Program-made: the position numbers and the translations under genes
In this document: piece after piece, positions 40,238 to 49,180 of the stretch
Layout of the letters: every line of letters begins with the position of its first letter
Position numbering within the stretch: position 1 is the stretch's first letter
Source of the DNA: an uncultured bacterium
GTDB taxonomy: Bacteria > Acidobacteriota > Thermoanaerobaculia > Multivoradales > JAHZIX01
DNA length: 64,000 nucleotides
Reading direction: 5' to 3'
Assembly: GCA_965368975.1 (NCBI GenBank)
Contig: CBDUPA010000027.1
Span: 1 to 64,000 of the forward strand
Notes under the pieces: model-generated
What the model was told of the DNA's origin: nothing
The model's input: only the letters and a program-made list of their open reading frames with translations
Database searches by the model: none

Positions 40238-41879
40238 GGCGAGGGCGACTGGCAGCAGGACCTGGGACGTTGTCATCGCCGGTGCCGGCTTTGCTGGCAG
40301 TCTCTTGGCGCGGATCCTGGCGACGCAGGGGTGGCGCGTGTTGCTGGTGGAGAAGGGGCGTCATCCGCGCTTCGCGCTCGGCGAGTCGTCGACGCCGCTG
40401 GCCAACTTCGCGCTCGAACGTCTGGCTCGACGCTGGAAACTGCCGGACCTGCACGCGCTGGCCGCCTACGGCCGATGGCGGCGCGACCTGCCCGAGTTGC
40501 GCCGTGGTCTCAAGCGGGGCTTTACGTTCTTCCAACATCGCTCCGGCGTGCCGTTGGAGAGGAGCTGCGATTTCGCCGCGGGAGACGGCCGTCTGCTGGT
40601 GGCAGCCAGCCCCGAGGACGCCCTGGCGGACAGTCACTGGCTGCGTGCCGACGTCGATCACTTCCTACTCGAGCGGGCGATCGAGGCGGGCGCCGGGTAC
40701 CGGGGCGGCGTCGAGTTGACGTCCGTGGTGGTCGACGAAGGGGGCGTTACGGTCGGTGGTGGAGACTTCGAAGCTCGCGCCGACTTCCTGGTCGACGCCA
40801 CCGGTCCCGGTGGTCTGGCGGGGCGGCTGGGTATCGAGGCGGTCGACGCTCCTGTGGCTGAGATGGCGGAGGACGATGCGGGGCGACCGTCGACGCTGCT
40901 GCTCTATGGTCACTTCGAAGGCGTGCGCGATACCGTCGATGTGCTGCTCGAGGCGGGTGTCGAGGTACCGCGCGGCCCCTATCTAGACGACCGGGCCGCG
41001 GTGCACCACCTGCTCGACGAAGGTTGGATGTATGTTCTGCCGTTCGACGAAGGCGCCGCGGGTCAGCGTCTCACCAGCGCCGGCGTCGTGCTGCGTCGCG
41101 GTACCGATCCTGAGCTGTGCGCCCTGGCGCTCGAGGCTCCCCGAGCTGCCTGGACGCGTCTGCTCGCTCGCTATCCGACGCTGCAGAGCGTCTTCGCGAC
41201 GGCCACCGAGCATCGTCCCCTGGCCGTGCTGCCACGCCTGCGCCACCGACTCAGCGCCTCCACGGATGCCGCTTTCGGGCGTTGGCTGCTGCTGCCGCAC
41301 GCCTATGCGTTCTTCGATCCGCTGTACTCGACCGGCCTGGCGTGGAGCCTGCTCGGCGTCGAGCGTGTCGTGGACCTGTTCCAGCGAGCGCCGCGCGAGG
41401 CCGCCGGCATGCCGTCACGGGTGGGGCTAGCTCGCTATGCCGAGCTGCTCAGCGTCGAGGCCGACCACGTCGATCGCCTGATCGCGGGTGCCTATCTCGC
41501 GATGGGCGATTTCCAGCTGCTGGCCGCACAGACCCAGCTCTACTTCGCCGCCGCCAGCTTCCAAGAGCTGCGTCAACGGCTGGTGCTTCCTGCGGGGGAT
41601 TCTGCCGCGGCTTGGGAAGGTTTTCTCGGTGCCACCGATTCGATCAGCCGAGACTTCGTCGCCGAGGGAGAAACTCGCCTACGTCAACAGCGAAGTGACT
41701 TCGCGGACTGGGTCGCGTCCGCGATCGAGCCGCGCAACGTCGTGGGCCTGGCGGACCCCGGGCGACGCAATCTCTACCCGGTCGACCTCGATGTGCTGCT
41801 GCGCGATGGGCACCGCCTCGGACTGGATCGTGCCCAGCTACACGCAGCGTTGCCGTTGTTACGGGGCGGTCAACTCTGA
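40227..41879 (+). CDS. Flavin-dependent halogenase-like protein (PrnC/Trp-halogenase superfamily)
   Basis: GAGFAG, HPRFALGESSTP, GLKRGF (putative catalytic Lys), GWMYVLPF (WxWxIP-like), FFDPLYSTG. Confidence 0.8.
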   Translation: MSSEARATGSRTWDVVIAGAGFAGSLLARILATQGWRVLLVEKGRHPRFALGESSTPLANFALERLARRWKLPDLHALAAYGRWRRDLPELRRGLKRGFTFFQHRSGVPLERSCDFAAGDGRLLVAASPEDALADSHWLRADVDHFLLERAIEAGAGYRGGVELTSVVVDEGGVTVGGGDFEARADFLVDATGPGGLAGRLGIEAVDAPVAEMAEDDAGRPSTLLLYGHFEGVRDTVDVLLEAGVEVPRGPYLDDRAAVHHLLDEGWMYVLPFDEGAAGQRLTSAGVVLRRGTDPELCALALEAPRAAWTRLLARYPTLQSVFATATEHRPLAVLPRLRHRLSASTDAAFGRWLLLPHAYAFFDPLYSTGLAWSLLGVERVVDLFQRAPREAAGMPSRVGLARYAELLSVEADHVDRLIAGAYLAMGDFQLLAAQTQLYFAAASFQELRQRLVLPAGDSAAAWEGFLGATDSISRDFVAEGETRLRQQRSDFADWVASAIEPRNVVGLADPGRRNLYPVDLDVLLRDGHRLGLDRAQLHAALPLLRGGQL

Positions 41880-43406
41880 AGTCCGCAACGGAATCGGGTC
41901 ACCGGGCCGGCGCGGCGGTTGTTCGAGCAGTACGTGCAGCAGGTTGTTCTGGAAGTTGGGGTTCTTGATCATCCCCAGGTGGCTGTCGGTGATGAAGATG
42001 GTGCTGGTCCAGGAGACCGGGGACGTCAACCATGGTCCGGCTGCTCCCAGGCTGCGCTCGTCGGCCAGCGCCGAGGCGCGCGAGACGCGGCTATCGCCTG
42101 GTGCGGTCAGCTGAGGGCCAGCTTCTTCCGAGTTCTCGAACAGCAGCTCCAGCTCGCCGTCTTGGACATCGATGATCACCCTGGTCAGCGTCTCGCGATG
42201 GTCGCCGGCGAACAGGAAGACCTGGCTCGGCGGTGGGCGGTCGGCATGGCGATCCAGCGCGATGGCGAAGCGACGAGCGCGATCGAAGGCGGCGTCCATG
42301 AACTCCACCATGCGTTCTCGCCGGCCGGTGCGCTCGGGCTCATTGGGGAACAGCCACTGCAGATAGGGGTCCTGGTTCTGTGCGAAGGGTCCCCAACCAT
42401 GCGCCGCCCACAACTCGCCGTCGTAGAGATCGAGGTCGACGGGCAGGCCCGCCAGGTTGACCATCGGCGCGTTCTCGTTGCTGCCTTTCAGGCGTGGCAG
42501 CAGCTGGTACGAGGCTGGGATCGACGCCAGGTGCACCGGTTCCAGTTTGGGCAGGAAGGGCAGCAGGCGGCGTCCCAGGATCATGCGTTCCAACATCACC
42601 ATGGTGCCGAAGTTGGGCGGCGCCACCAGCACCATCCGGTCGATGTCCTCGGCGCCCGCCCAGGTGATCTCAGCGCCCTCGGGGTCGTCGAGCACGTCCT
42701 TGGTGCCGTAGCGCAGGTAGTAGCGAGCGATCAGGCCGCCCATCGAGTGGGCGACGATATCAAAGCGCACGGGACGTTCGGGCAACCCCTGGCTGGCACG
42801 CCGTCGCTGCACCTCTTGGCGTGCCTCGGCGATGAAGACGCCCAGCTCGGCGGCGTTGGCGGCGTTGTCGCGGCGGAAGTCGTAGACAAAGGTGAAGCAG
42901 CTCTGCGTGTTCTTGCCAGGGTCGGGACCGCCCAGCTCATCTGCCTCGTAGCCGTTCTGACCCAGCAATGCCAGCAACTCGGCATAGACGTCGATCTCGA
43001 CTTCGCCGACACCCGCGTTGGCGCGCCAAGAGCCGAGGGGTGCTGTCGCGATGACGTCGTCGAGCAGGGCCGCGATGTCGCGGTGCGTCGGGTTCGGCGG
43101 CAGGTTCCAGGGGTCGAGCGCCAGACCGCGCACGCCATCCGGGGACGCGAACTCGATGACGTCGCCGCCGAACGACTCACCCCACAGGATCTTCTCGTCC
43201 GTCGAGCGCACCAGTTTGGTGCCGCCGAAGCCGGGAATGACGATCACCGGGTTGCGCTCGACATTGCGCAAGCTCTCTTGGTACACCGTCGGCAGGTCCG
43301 GGCTGGGAAGGCGTCCCAGCTCCTGGCGCACGTAGTTGCAGCCAGCGATCAGCCAGAGACTGCCCACCAGGAGGCACAGGTGCACGGTGCTCGCGAGCCG
43401 TTTCAT
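41859..43406 (-). CDS. Lipoprotein alpha/beta hydrolase (LCAT/PGAP1-like)
   Basis: Lipobox LIAGC; PVIVIPGFGGT; YDFRR; AHSMGG nucleophile elbow; GD.RV; H near C-terminus. Confidence 0.75.
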   Translation of the reverse strand: MKRLASTVHLCLLVGSLWLIAGCNYVRQELGRLPSPDLPTVYQESLRNVERNPVIVIPGFGGTKLVRSTDEKILWGESFGGDVIEFASPDGVRGLALDPWNLPPNPTHRDIAALLDDVIATAPLGSWRANAGVGEVEIDVYAELLALLGQNGYEADELGGPDPGKNTQSCFTFVYDFRRDNAANAAELGVFIAEARQEVQRRRASQGLPERPVRFDIVAHSMGGLIARYYLRYGTKDVLDDPEGAEITWAGAEDIDRMVLVAPPNFGTMVMLERMILGRRLLPFLPKLEPVHLASIPASYQLLPRLKGSNENAPMVNLAGLPVDLDLYDGELWAAHGWGPFAQNQDPYLQWLFPNEPERTGRRERMVEFMDAAFDRARRFAIALDRHADRPPPSQVFLFAGDHRETLTRVIIDVQDGELELLFENSEEAGPQLTAPGDSRVSRASALADERSLGAAGPWLTSPVSWTSTIFITDSHLGMIKNPNFQNNLLHVLLEQPPRRPGDPIPLRTSELTAP

Positions 43407-43607
43407 GCGCTCCATCTTATCCGCAAAATCCGATGTGACCTGCATGTGAGCCTTGCGAGGCGCTTCGGCTGAAGGTAACTCTGGTCCTGGGTGGGTGCCT
43501 GCCTCGCACCTTCCTGTCGATGCTTACGTCCGAGTTCGCAAGAAAGTTACTCGGTGGTGCCCGAACGGCTTGGGTAGTCCGGAGACCTGGTGCTTGGTGT
43601 GGCTCGA

Positions 43608-43772
43608 CTAGGCCTGAAGCTCCCGAGCCCGCTCCACCACCTCGCGCGCCGCGCACTTCCCACACGCCGACGCCTCGTCGTCACTGCGCTCGAATTGGCG
43701 CAGGAACGTCCGTACGCTATACACCGCAGCGACGATCACCACCAACGCGACAACGAGCCATTGAAGAGCCAT
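43608..43772 (-). CDS. FeoB-associated Cys-rich small membrane protein (absent from the ORF track)
   Basis: Hand translation MALQWLVVALVVIVAAVYSVRTFLRQFERSDDEASACGKCAAREVVERARELQA: TM helix + CxxC, downstream of feoB. Confidence 0.75.
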   Translation of the reverse strand: MALQWLVVALVVIVAAVYSVRTFLRQFERSDDEASACGKCAAREVVERARELQA

Positions 43773-44030
43773 CAGAATGCCTCCAGGAGTTGCAGGTGGT
43801 CTCGTAGCCAGATGGCCAGGTCTTCTTCGCTCTCTTGTCCTGATGCCAGAGAGAGCATCACCTTGATAGCCTCCTGATGGGATACTTCAAGCTCCCAGCC
43901 GTTCAGGCCGAGGAAGGTGTACATGGCGACGAACGCGATTCGCTTGTTGCCATCCTGCGCCATGTTCGATTATTTGATCGAAGTGCATGGCATCCACGAA
44001 CGGCCTATCCAGCCACAGTGGTTCTACCAC
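43772..44030 (-). pseudogene. Death-on-curing (Doc/Fic) toxin pseudogene
   Basis: N-terminus VEPLWLDRPFVDAMHFDQIIEHG and C-terminus DGNKRIAF..MYTFLGLNG lie in different frames; the central region including HPF is missing. Confidence 0.75.
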
Positions 44031-44035
44031 GGTGC

Positions 44036-44261
44036 TTACTTGGCGAGTTCCTGTAGCGCAGCCTGGTACTTCACAGCCCCGCGGCGGTAGATACGGAGCG
44101 CCTTGTCCAGCTTGGGGTCCTGCGGTGTCAGCAGGATTCCTCGATCGGTTTCGAGGGCAAACCAACTCTCCTGGCCCGTCGATGGGTTGCTCGACCATAC
44201 GGACCGGCAGGGAGGTACGTACCGAGTCTCCGTCGCGCTCTAGAGTGATTTTCGCGACCAT
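44036..44261 (-). pseudogene. AbrB/MazE-type antitoxin, frameshifted
   Basis: MVAKITLERDGDSVRTSLP in one frame; ETDRGILLTPQDPKLDKAL...KYQAALQELAK* in another. Confidence 0.7.
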
Positions 44262-44300
44262 AGTTTGCCTAGGATAGCACCACGGCTCGTCTCACCCTTG

Positions 44301-46418
44301 TCAGCCCAGTCCCAAGGCCAGGCCACCCTGGTACGTGACGAAGGCGGCCACCCACGCCAGGACGGTCATGTAGACGAAGAGGAAGATTGCCCACCACCAG
44401 CTCTCCGTCTCCCGTTTGACCACCGCGACAGTGCTCATGCACTGGCAGGCCAGGACGTAGAAAATCATCAGGCTGACCGCGACGAGGGACGTGAACACGG
44501 GTTGGCCGGTGTCGGGGTCGACGTCGTTCTTGAGGGCTTGCCGCAGGCTCTGGCTCTCCTCGTCCGCTTCGCCGACGCTGTAGATCGTAGCCAAGGCACT
44601 CACCGCAACTTCACGGGCGGCGAAGCTGGCGATCACGGCGACGCCGACTTTCCAATCGTAGCCGAGGGGTTCGATCACCGGTTCGATCAGCTGGCCCATC
44701 CAGCCGACGGCGCTGTGCTCGACCTGGTAGGCGGCTGCCTGGTTGGGTGTCACGTCGGCTGGTGGTTCGACCTTGGGGAAGCTGGCCAGGAACCACAGGA
44801 CGATGCTGATTGCCAGGATGATGGTGCCGGCGCGGCTGAGGAAGAGCTTGGAGCGCTCGACCATGCGCCACAGGACATCGCGCAGGGAGGGCAGGCGGTA
44901 GGGCGGCAGCTCCATGACGAAGAGGGAGCGTTCGCCCTTGACCACGAAGCGCTTGAGCACCCAAGCGGCTCCGATGGCGAAGACGACACCGAGCAGATAC
45001 AGGATCAGCAGGGTTGTGCTCTGCGCCGGCAGGATGCCGAACCACATGGCTTGCGGGATGAAGGCGCCGATCAGCAGAGTGTAGACGGGCAGGCGCGCCG
45101 AGCAGGTCATCAACGGGGCGACCAGGATGGTGACGAGACGGTCGCGCGGGTTGTTGATGGTGCGTGTTGCCATGATGCCGGGGATGGCGCAGGCGAAGGA
45201 ACTCAGCAAGGGAACCACCGAGCGGCCGGAGAGGCCGACCTTGCGCATGGCACGGTCCATGATGAAGGCGGCGCGGGCCATGTAGCCGGTGTCTTCGAGC
45301 AGGCCGAGGAAAAAGAAGAGGATGAGGATCTGTGGCAGGAAGATGACCACCGCGCCGACGCCCGCGATCACACCGTCGACCAGCAGGCCACGCAGCGGAC
45401 CGTCGGCCATGCGGTTGCCGACCCAGGCGCCGAGCTCGCCAGTGCCGTCATCGATGGCGTCCATGAAGGGACCGGCCCAGGCGAAGACGGCCTGGAAGAT
45501 CAGCGCCAGGATGGCGACGAAGATGAGCGGGCCTGCCCAGCGGTGGGTGAGCACGGCGTCGAGACGATCGCTGACGCTGAGGCGGTGCTCTTCAGGGTGC
45601 TGGACGGCACGGCGCACGAGCGGACCGATCCAGGCATAGCGGCCGAGCGTTTCGGCCTGGGCGAAGGGCACGCCGGCTTCTTCGAGGCGGCCACGGGCTT
45701 CGCGCACGGTGTCCCAGAAGGTCGCACTGTGGTAGCCGGGGAAGTTGGCGGCGCGTTCGCTGCTCAGGGCGCGCAAGACGTCGGCGGTACGCTGACGCGG
45801 GGTCAGCTGCGGCAGCTCGTCTTGCAGACGCTCGGCCAGCTCGTGGACCGTGTGGGCGACTTCCGGGTCGAGCACCCAGCGCTTGGGAGCCCGCTCGGGC
45901 AGCGGGCCGGCGATGGCGGCACGCAGCTCGTCGAGGCCCTCGCCACGGCTGGCGACCAGCGGCAGCACGGGGACGCCGAGTTCCTCGCTCAGCGCCTCGG
46001 CATCGACCTCCAGGCCGGCGGCAGCGGCGGTGTCGAGCATGTTGAGCGCCACCAGGGTCGGCAGGCCGAGGTCGAGGATCTGGCTGGCGAGGTAGAGGTT
46101 GCGCTCCAGGTTGCCGGCATCGACGATCACCACCACCAGGTCCGGTGTGCGTGACTCGTCGATCAGGCCGAGGAGGGCGCGGTAGGCGATCTCTTCGTCC
46201 AGCGATTCGGGGTTGAGGCTGTAGAGACCGGGGATGTCGACGATCTCGATCGGCTCGCCCTGCGGCCCTTTGGTCATGCCGACCTTGCGCTCGACGGTGA
46301 CCCCCGGGTAGTTGCCGACGCGCTGGCGCAGGCCGGTCAGGCGGTTGAAGACGGTGGTCTTGCCGACGTTGGGATTGCCGGCCAGAGCCACCAGGCGTGG
46401 AGCGGTCGAGGAGGTCAT
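44301..46418 (-). CDS. feoB: Ferrous iron transporter B
   Basis: GNPNVGKT, NYPGVT, DIPG, NMLD G-motifs; gate/TM domain (LEDTGYMARAAF, TCSARLPVY). Confidence 0.97.
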   Translation of the reverse strand: MTSSTAPRLVALAGNPNVGKTTVFNRLTGLRQRVGNYPGVTVERKVGMTKGPQGEPIEIVDIPGLYSLNPESLDEEIAYRALLGLIDESRTPDLVVVIVDAGNLERNLYLASQILDLGLPTLVALNMLDTAAAAGLEVDAEALSEELGVPVLPLVASRGEGLDELRAAIAGPLPERAPKRWVLDPEVAHTVHELAERLQDELPQLTPRQRTADVLRALSSERAANFPGYHSATFWDTVREARGRLEEAGVPFAQAETLGRYAWIGPLVRRAVQHPEEHRLSVSDRLDAVLTHRWAGPLIFVAILALIFQAVFAWAGPFMDAIDDGTGELGAWVGNRMADGPLRGLLVDGVIAGVGAVVIFLPQILILFFFLGLLEDTGYMARAAFIMDRAMRKVGLSGRSVVPLLSSFACAIPGIMATRTINNPRDRLVTILVAPLMTCSARLPVYTLLIGAFIPQAMWFGILPAQSTTLLILYLLGVVFAIGAAWVLKRFVVKGERSLFVMELPPYRLPSLRDVLWRMVERSKLFLSRAGTIILAISIVLWFLASFPKVEPPADVTPNQAAAYQVEHSAVGWMGQLIEPVIEPLGYDWKVGVAVIASFAAREVAVSALATIYSVGEADEESQSLRQALKNDVDPDTGQPVFTSLVAVSLMIFYVLACQCMSTVAVVKRETESWWWAIFLFVYMTVLAWVAAFVTYQGGLALGLG

Positions 46419-46440
46419 GACGACGGTCGGCGCAGCCGCT

Positions 46441-46683
46441 TCAGGAACGCTGATCCTGCGGGCCGGTCAACTCGACCTCGATCGCCGAGGCTTCTTCGCG
46501 GCGCAAGGACAGCAGGTAGCCCCGCACGCGGATCTCCAGCGGATCGCCGAGCGGCGCCAGGCGGACCATCTCGACTTCGGTGCCGGGCAGCAAGCCCATC
46601 TCGAGTAGCCGCACCGGCGGCGTGCTGGTCCAGCTCACCACCGTCGCGCGGTGGCCGGGTTTGACTTCGTGCAGTTGTGGCAT
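46441..46683 (-). CDS. feoA: FeoA
   Basis: RLLEMGLLPG..V...APLGDPL..RVRGY.LSLR. Confidence 0.93.
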   Translation of the reverse strand: MPQLHEVKPGHRATVVSWTSTPPVRLLEMGLLPGTEVEMVRLAPLGDPLEIRVRGYLLSLRREEASAIEVELTGPQDQRS

Positions 46684-46703
46684 AGCGGGGCGAAGGGGGA
46701 GGT

Positions 46704-47201
46704 TCAGGCGTCCTGGGTGTCTGCGTCATCCGCAGTGGGTGAGGTGCTCTGGGATGCGTCGGTATCGGTGGCGCTGGCGAAAGTCGTGTCAATGACGTGG
46801 ACCTGCTGTGCCAGCTCGCCCGGCAGCGCGACGCGGCCGCTACCCAGGGCCAGGATTACGTTCCCCTTGCCGCCGTGCACCAGGTCGTTGCGCACTACGC
46901 GCAGGTTCCGGCCCTCGCACACGCCGAGGTCGCGCAAGCGCGCACAGCTGCTGGCATCGAGGCTGGGGATCAACACGCGAACCCGCCGTCCCGCGGGGAC
47001 GTGGCCGAGGCAAGTACAGCCTTCTGGCGTGCTGCGTAGCGGGCAGTCCAGCGGCGAGCACTCGGCCAGCGGTCCGCCGTGCAAGCCCGCCCGCACCGAC
47101 GCGGCCGGCATCGGGCCGGTCGCCGAGGCGACGGGTATGCGGTTCTCGCGGGCGAACGTGCGCGTCGAGAAGGTGCGTTGGAACCAGCGCTTCAAGGGCA
47201 A
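46704..47201 (-). CDS. Second FeoA-like protein with Cys-rich N-terminal region (start uncertain)
   Basis: RLRDLGV.EG..L.V...G.VIL..G.GRVAL. Confidence 0.65.
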   Translation of the reverse strand: MPLKRWFQRTFSTRTFARENRIPVASATGPMPAASVRAGLHGGPLAECSPLDCPLRSTPEGCTCLGHVPAGRRVRVLIPSLDASSCARLRDLGVCEGRNLRVVRNDLVHGGKGNVILALGSGRVALPGELAQQVHVIDTTFASATDTDASQSTSPTADDADTQDA

Positions 47202-47239
47202 GTTTCGACTCCGTTCGAAGGTCCGATCAGAGGATGATT

Positions 47240-47300
47240 TATTGAGACTCTATCTCAATAGTATGGAAAAATTGTAGTCGGGCGAGACTGGTATTGTCAA
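47240..47300 (-). promoter_or_regulatory. feo promoter (TTGACA-N18-TACAAT) with a Fur-box-like inverted repeat just downstream
   Basis: TATTGAGA-CTCTA-TCTCAATA at 47240-47260; -10 at 47271-47276; -35 at 47295-47300. Confidence 0.75.
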
Positions 47301-47409
47301 CGCCGCCAATGGTGCCAAAGCCGTCACGACTCGCCGGTCGGTGGTGCGGATTCGGGTAGACTGCGGGTGAACTCGAGCGGGGCGGGACATCAAACAGGAG
47401 AGATCGAAA

Positions 47410-48036
47410 ATGAGTAGCAGTGGCATTCGTGCGACCCTAGTTTCCGCGGTCCTACTTTCTTCTACCTCGTTGCTGACGGCCGGGCCTGTGCAGGCAGAGG
47501 TTCTCAGCGCGGCGGCTCACGGTTTTTCGTTGCAGGTCGTCGTGGAGATCGAGGCACCCATGGATCGTGTCTACGGCGCGCTGGTCGACGACATCGGCCA
47601 GTGGTGGCACCCAGATCACACTTACAGCCTGGATGCTGCCAACCTCTCGATCGACGCCCGCCCCGGCGGCTGCTTCTGCGAGATGTCGGCAGACGTCCAG
47701 GTCCAGCACCTGCAGGTCGCGATGGTCCGCCCGGGACGCTTGCTGCGCATGCTCGGTGGTCTCGGTCCGTTGCAGACGTTCGGGCTCGAAGGCAGTCTGA
47801 CCTTTGTGCTCAACCCCCAGGAAGTCTTCGACCCGGAGACCGAAGAACTCACGCTGTCGCAGACCGCCTGTGAGCTGGAATTGGTGTACAACGTTGGCGG
47901 CTATCTGGAAGCCGGCCTGGACCAGCTGGCACCGGCCGTCGACGGGGTGCTCACCGAGCAAGTGGCGCGGCTCAAGGCTTATGTGGAGACGGGGTCGCCG
48001 CTCGTTGCTGAAGCTGGGTCGGGGTCGCCCGAATAG
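47410..48036 (+). CDS. Secreted SRPBCC-family protein
   Basis: Signal peptide (VQA|E); WW..HTYS.D..NLSID..PGGCFCE; GGLGPLQ. Confidence 0.8.
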   Translation: MSSSGIRATLVSAVLLSSTSLLTAGPVQAEVLSAAAHGFSLQVVVEIEAPMDRVYGALVDDIGQWWHPDHTYSLDAANLSIDARPGGCFCEMSADVQVQHLQVAMVRPGRLLRMLGGLGPLQTFGLEGSLTFVLNPQEVFDPETEELTLSQTACELELVYNVGGYLEAGLDQLAPAVDGVLTEQVARLKAYVETGSPLVAEAGSGSPE

Positions 48037-48058
48037 TTGGGGTCGCCTGGATAACTGT

Positions 48059-49018
48059 CTAGCGCGGCCGTAGATCCGCGACGACACCCAAATGGTCCGA
48101 CAGGCGCGCCGGCACGGTGTGGTAGCCGGCGAATTCCAGCTCGGGCGACGCCAGGATCCAGTCGAGACGGCGGCGGGGTAGGTAGGTCGGGTAGGTGGGC
48201 AGCTCGCTCTCGGGCTTGTAGGCGTGCAGGTCGAGGTTTTCGGCCAGCATTTCGATTGTCTTACGCTCGTGCCGGTAGCAGCTGTTGAGGTCGCCGAGGA
48301 GTACCAGCGGTCGCGACCGGTGGCGCAGGCGGTCGATCATTTGGCCGATCTGCTTGCGCCGGATGTGCGGTGCCAGGAAGTCGAGGTGGACAGAGGCGAT
48401 GTCGACTTCGGCGTCGTTCCACGCCGGGACGCGCACGGTGGCGGCGACGAAGCCCTTGGTGTCGCGCCACGACATCTCGAACGGATGCGAGAAGGGGCCG
48501 TTCAGTTCCAGTGGGGTCACCAGAGCGGTGCCGGAGGCGAGGTTGATGTCGCCGACGCGGAAGGGGTTGTGGTCGCCGCGGAAGTGGTTCTCGGCGCCGG
48601 TGAGGCCAGCCAGGGTGGCGACGTGGTCGAAGTTGCCGCTCCAGGCGGAAGGGCCGTCTGCCTCCTGGAATGCCAGCAGATCGGCCTGCCAGTGCTCGCT
48701 GGTGGCCGCGATCTCGCCCAGATTGGCTTCGACGATGCGGCGCGGCAGCAGGGCCTGGTGGGGTGCGCGCCGACGGCCGTGGGCGATGTTGAGACTGAGG
48801 ACGCGCAAGCTGCCAGGGAAGGGGGGGGGGACAGGCTTGTCTCCGCCGCGCAGGCGCTGAATCAGGGTAGAACTCGTTCCAGATCCTCCGATCGACAGCG
48901 AGCCGACCGGCCAGGATGTGATGCGCTGTACCCGTTGCAAGGCGCGAACGGTGGCGCTACGGCGAGTCTCGCCGTTGCGGCGTGCCGTGCGGGTGCCGTG
49001 GAGGGCTTTATGGATCAA
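48059..49018 (-). CDS. Endonuclease/exonuclease/phosphatase-family protein
   Basis: SLNIAHG, FQE, SVHLD, GDLN, LDWI, SDH. Confidence 0.88.
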   Translation of the reverse strand: MIHKALHGTRTARRNGETRRSATVRALQRVQRITSWPVGSLSIGGSGTSSTLIQRLRGGDKPVPPPFPGSLRVLSLNIAHGRRRAPHQALLPRRIVEANLGEIAATSEHWQADLLAFQEADGPSAWSGNFDHVATLAGLTGAENHFRGDHNPFRVGDINLASGTALVTPLELNGPFSHPFEMSWRDTKGFVAATVRVPAWNDAEVDIASVHLDFLAPHIRRKQIGQMIDRLRHRSRPLVLLGDLNSCYRHERKTIEMLAENLDLHAYKPESELPTYPTYLPRRRLDWILASPELEFAGYHTVPARLSDHLGVVADLRPR

Positions 49019-49180
49019 GGGATCCTCTGGGTATGCAAACGACCTCGATGATGTCTTGAGAGCCTCGTAGTGTCTAGAAGGAGAGGCCCAGGATCAGGGG
49101 CTGTTGCGGCCGGCTGACCGGGCGTCTACCTGCAATATACCAGGTCTGCTAGCCATGGTCTTTGCCAGCCGTCCTTGCGG

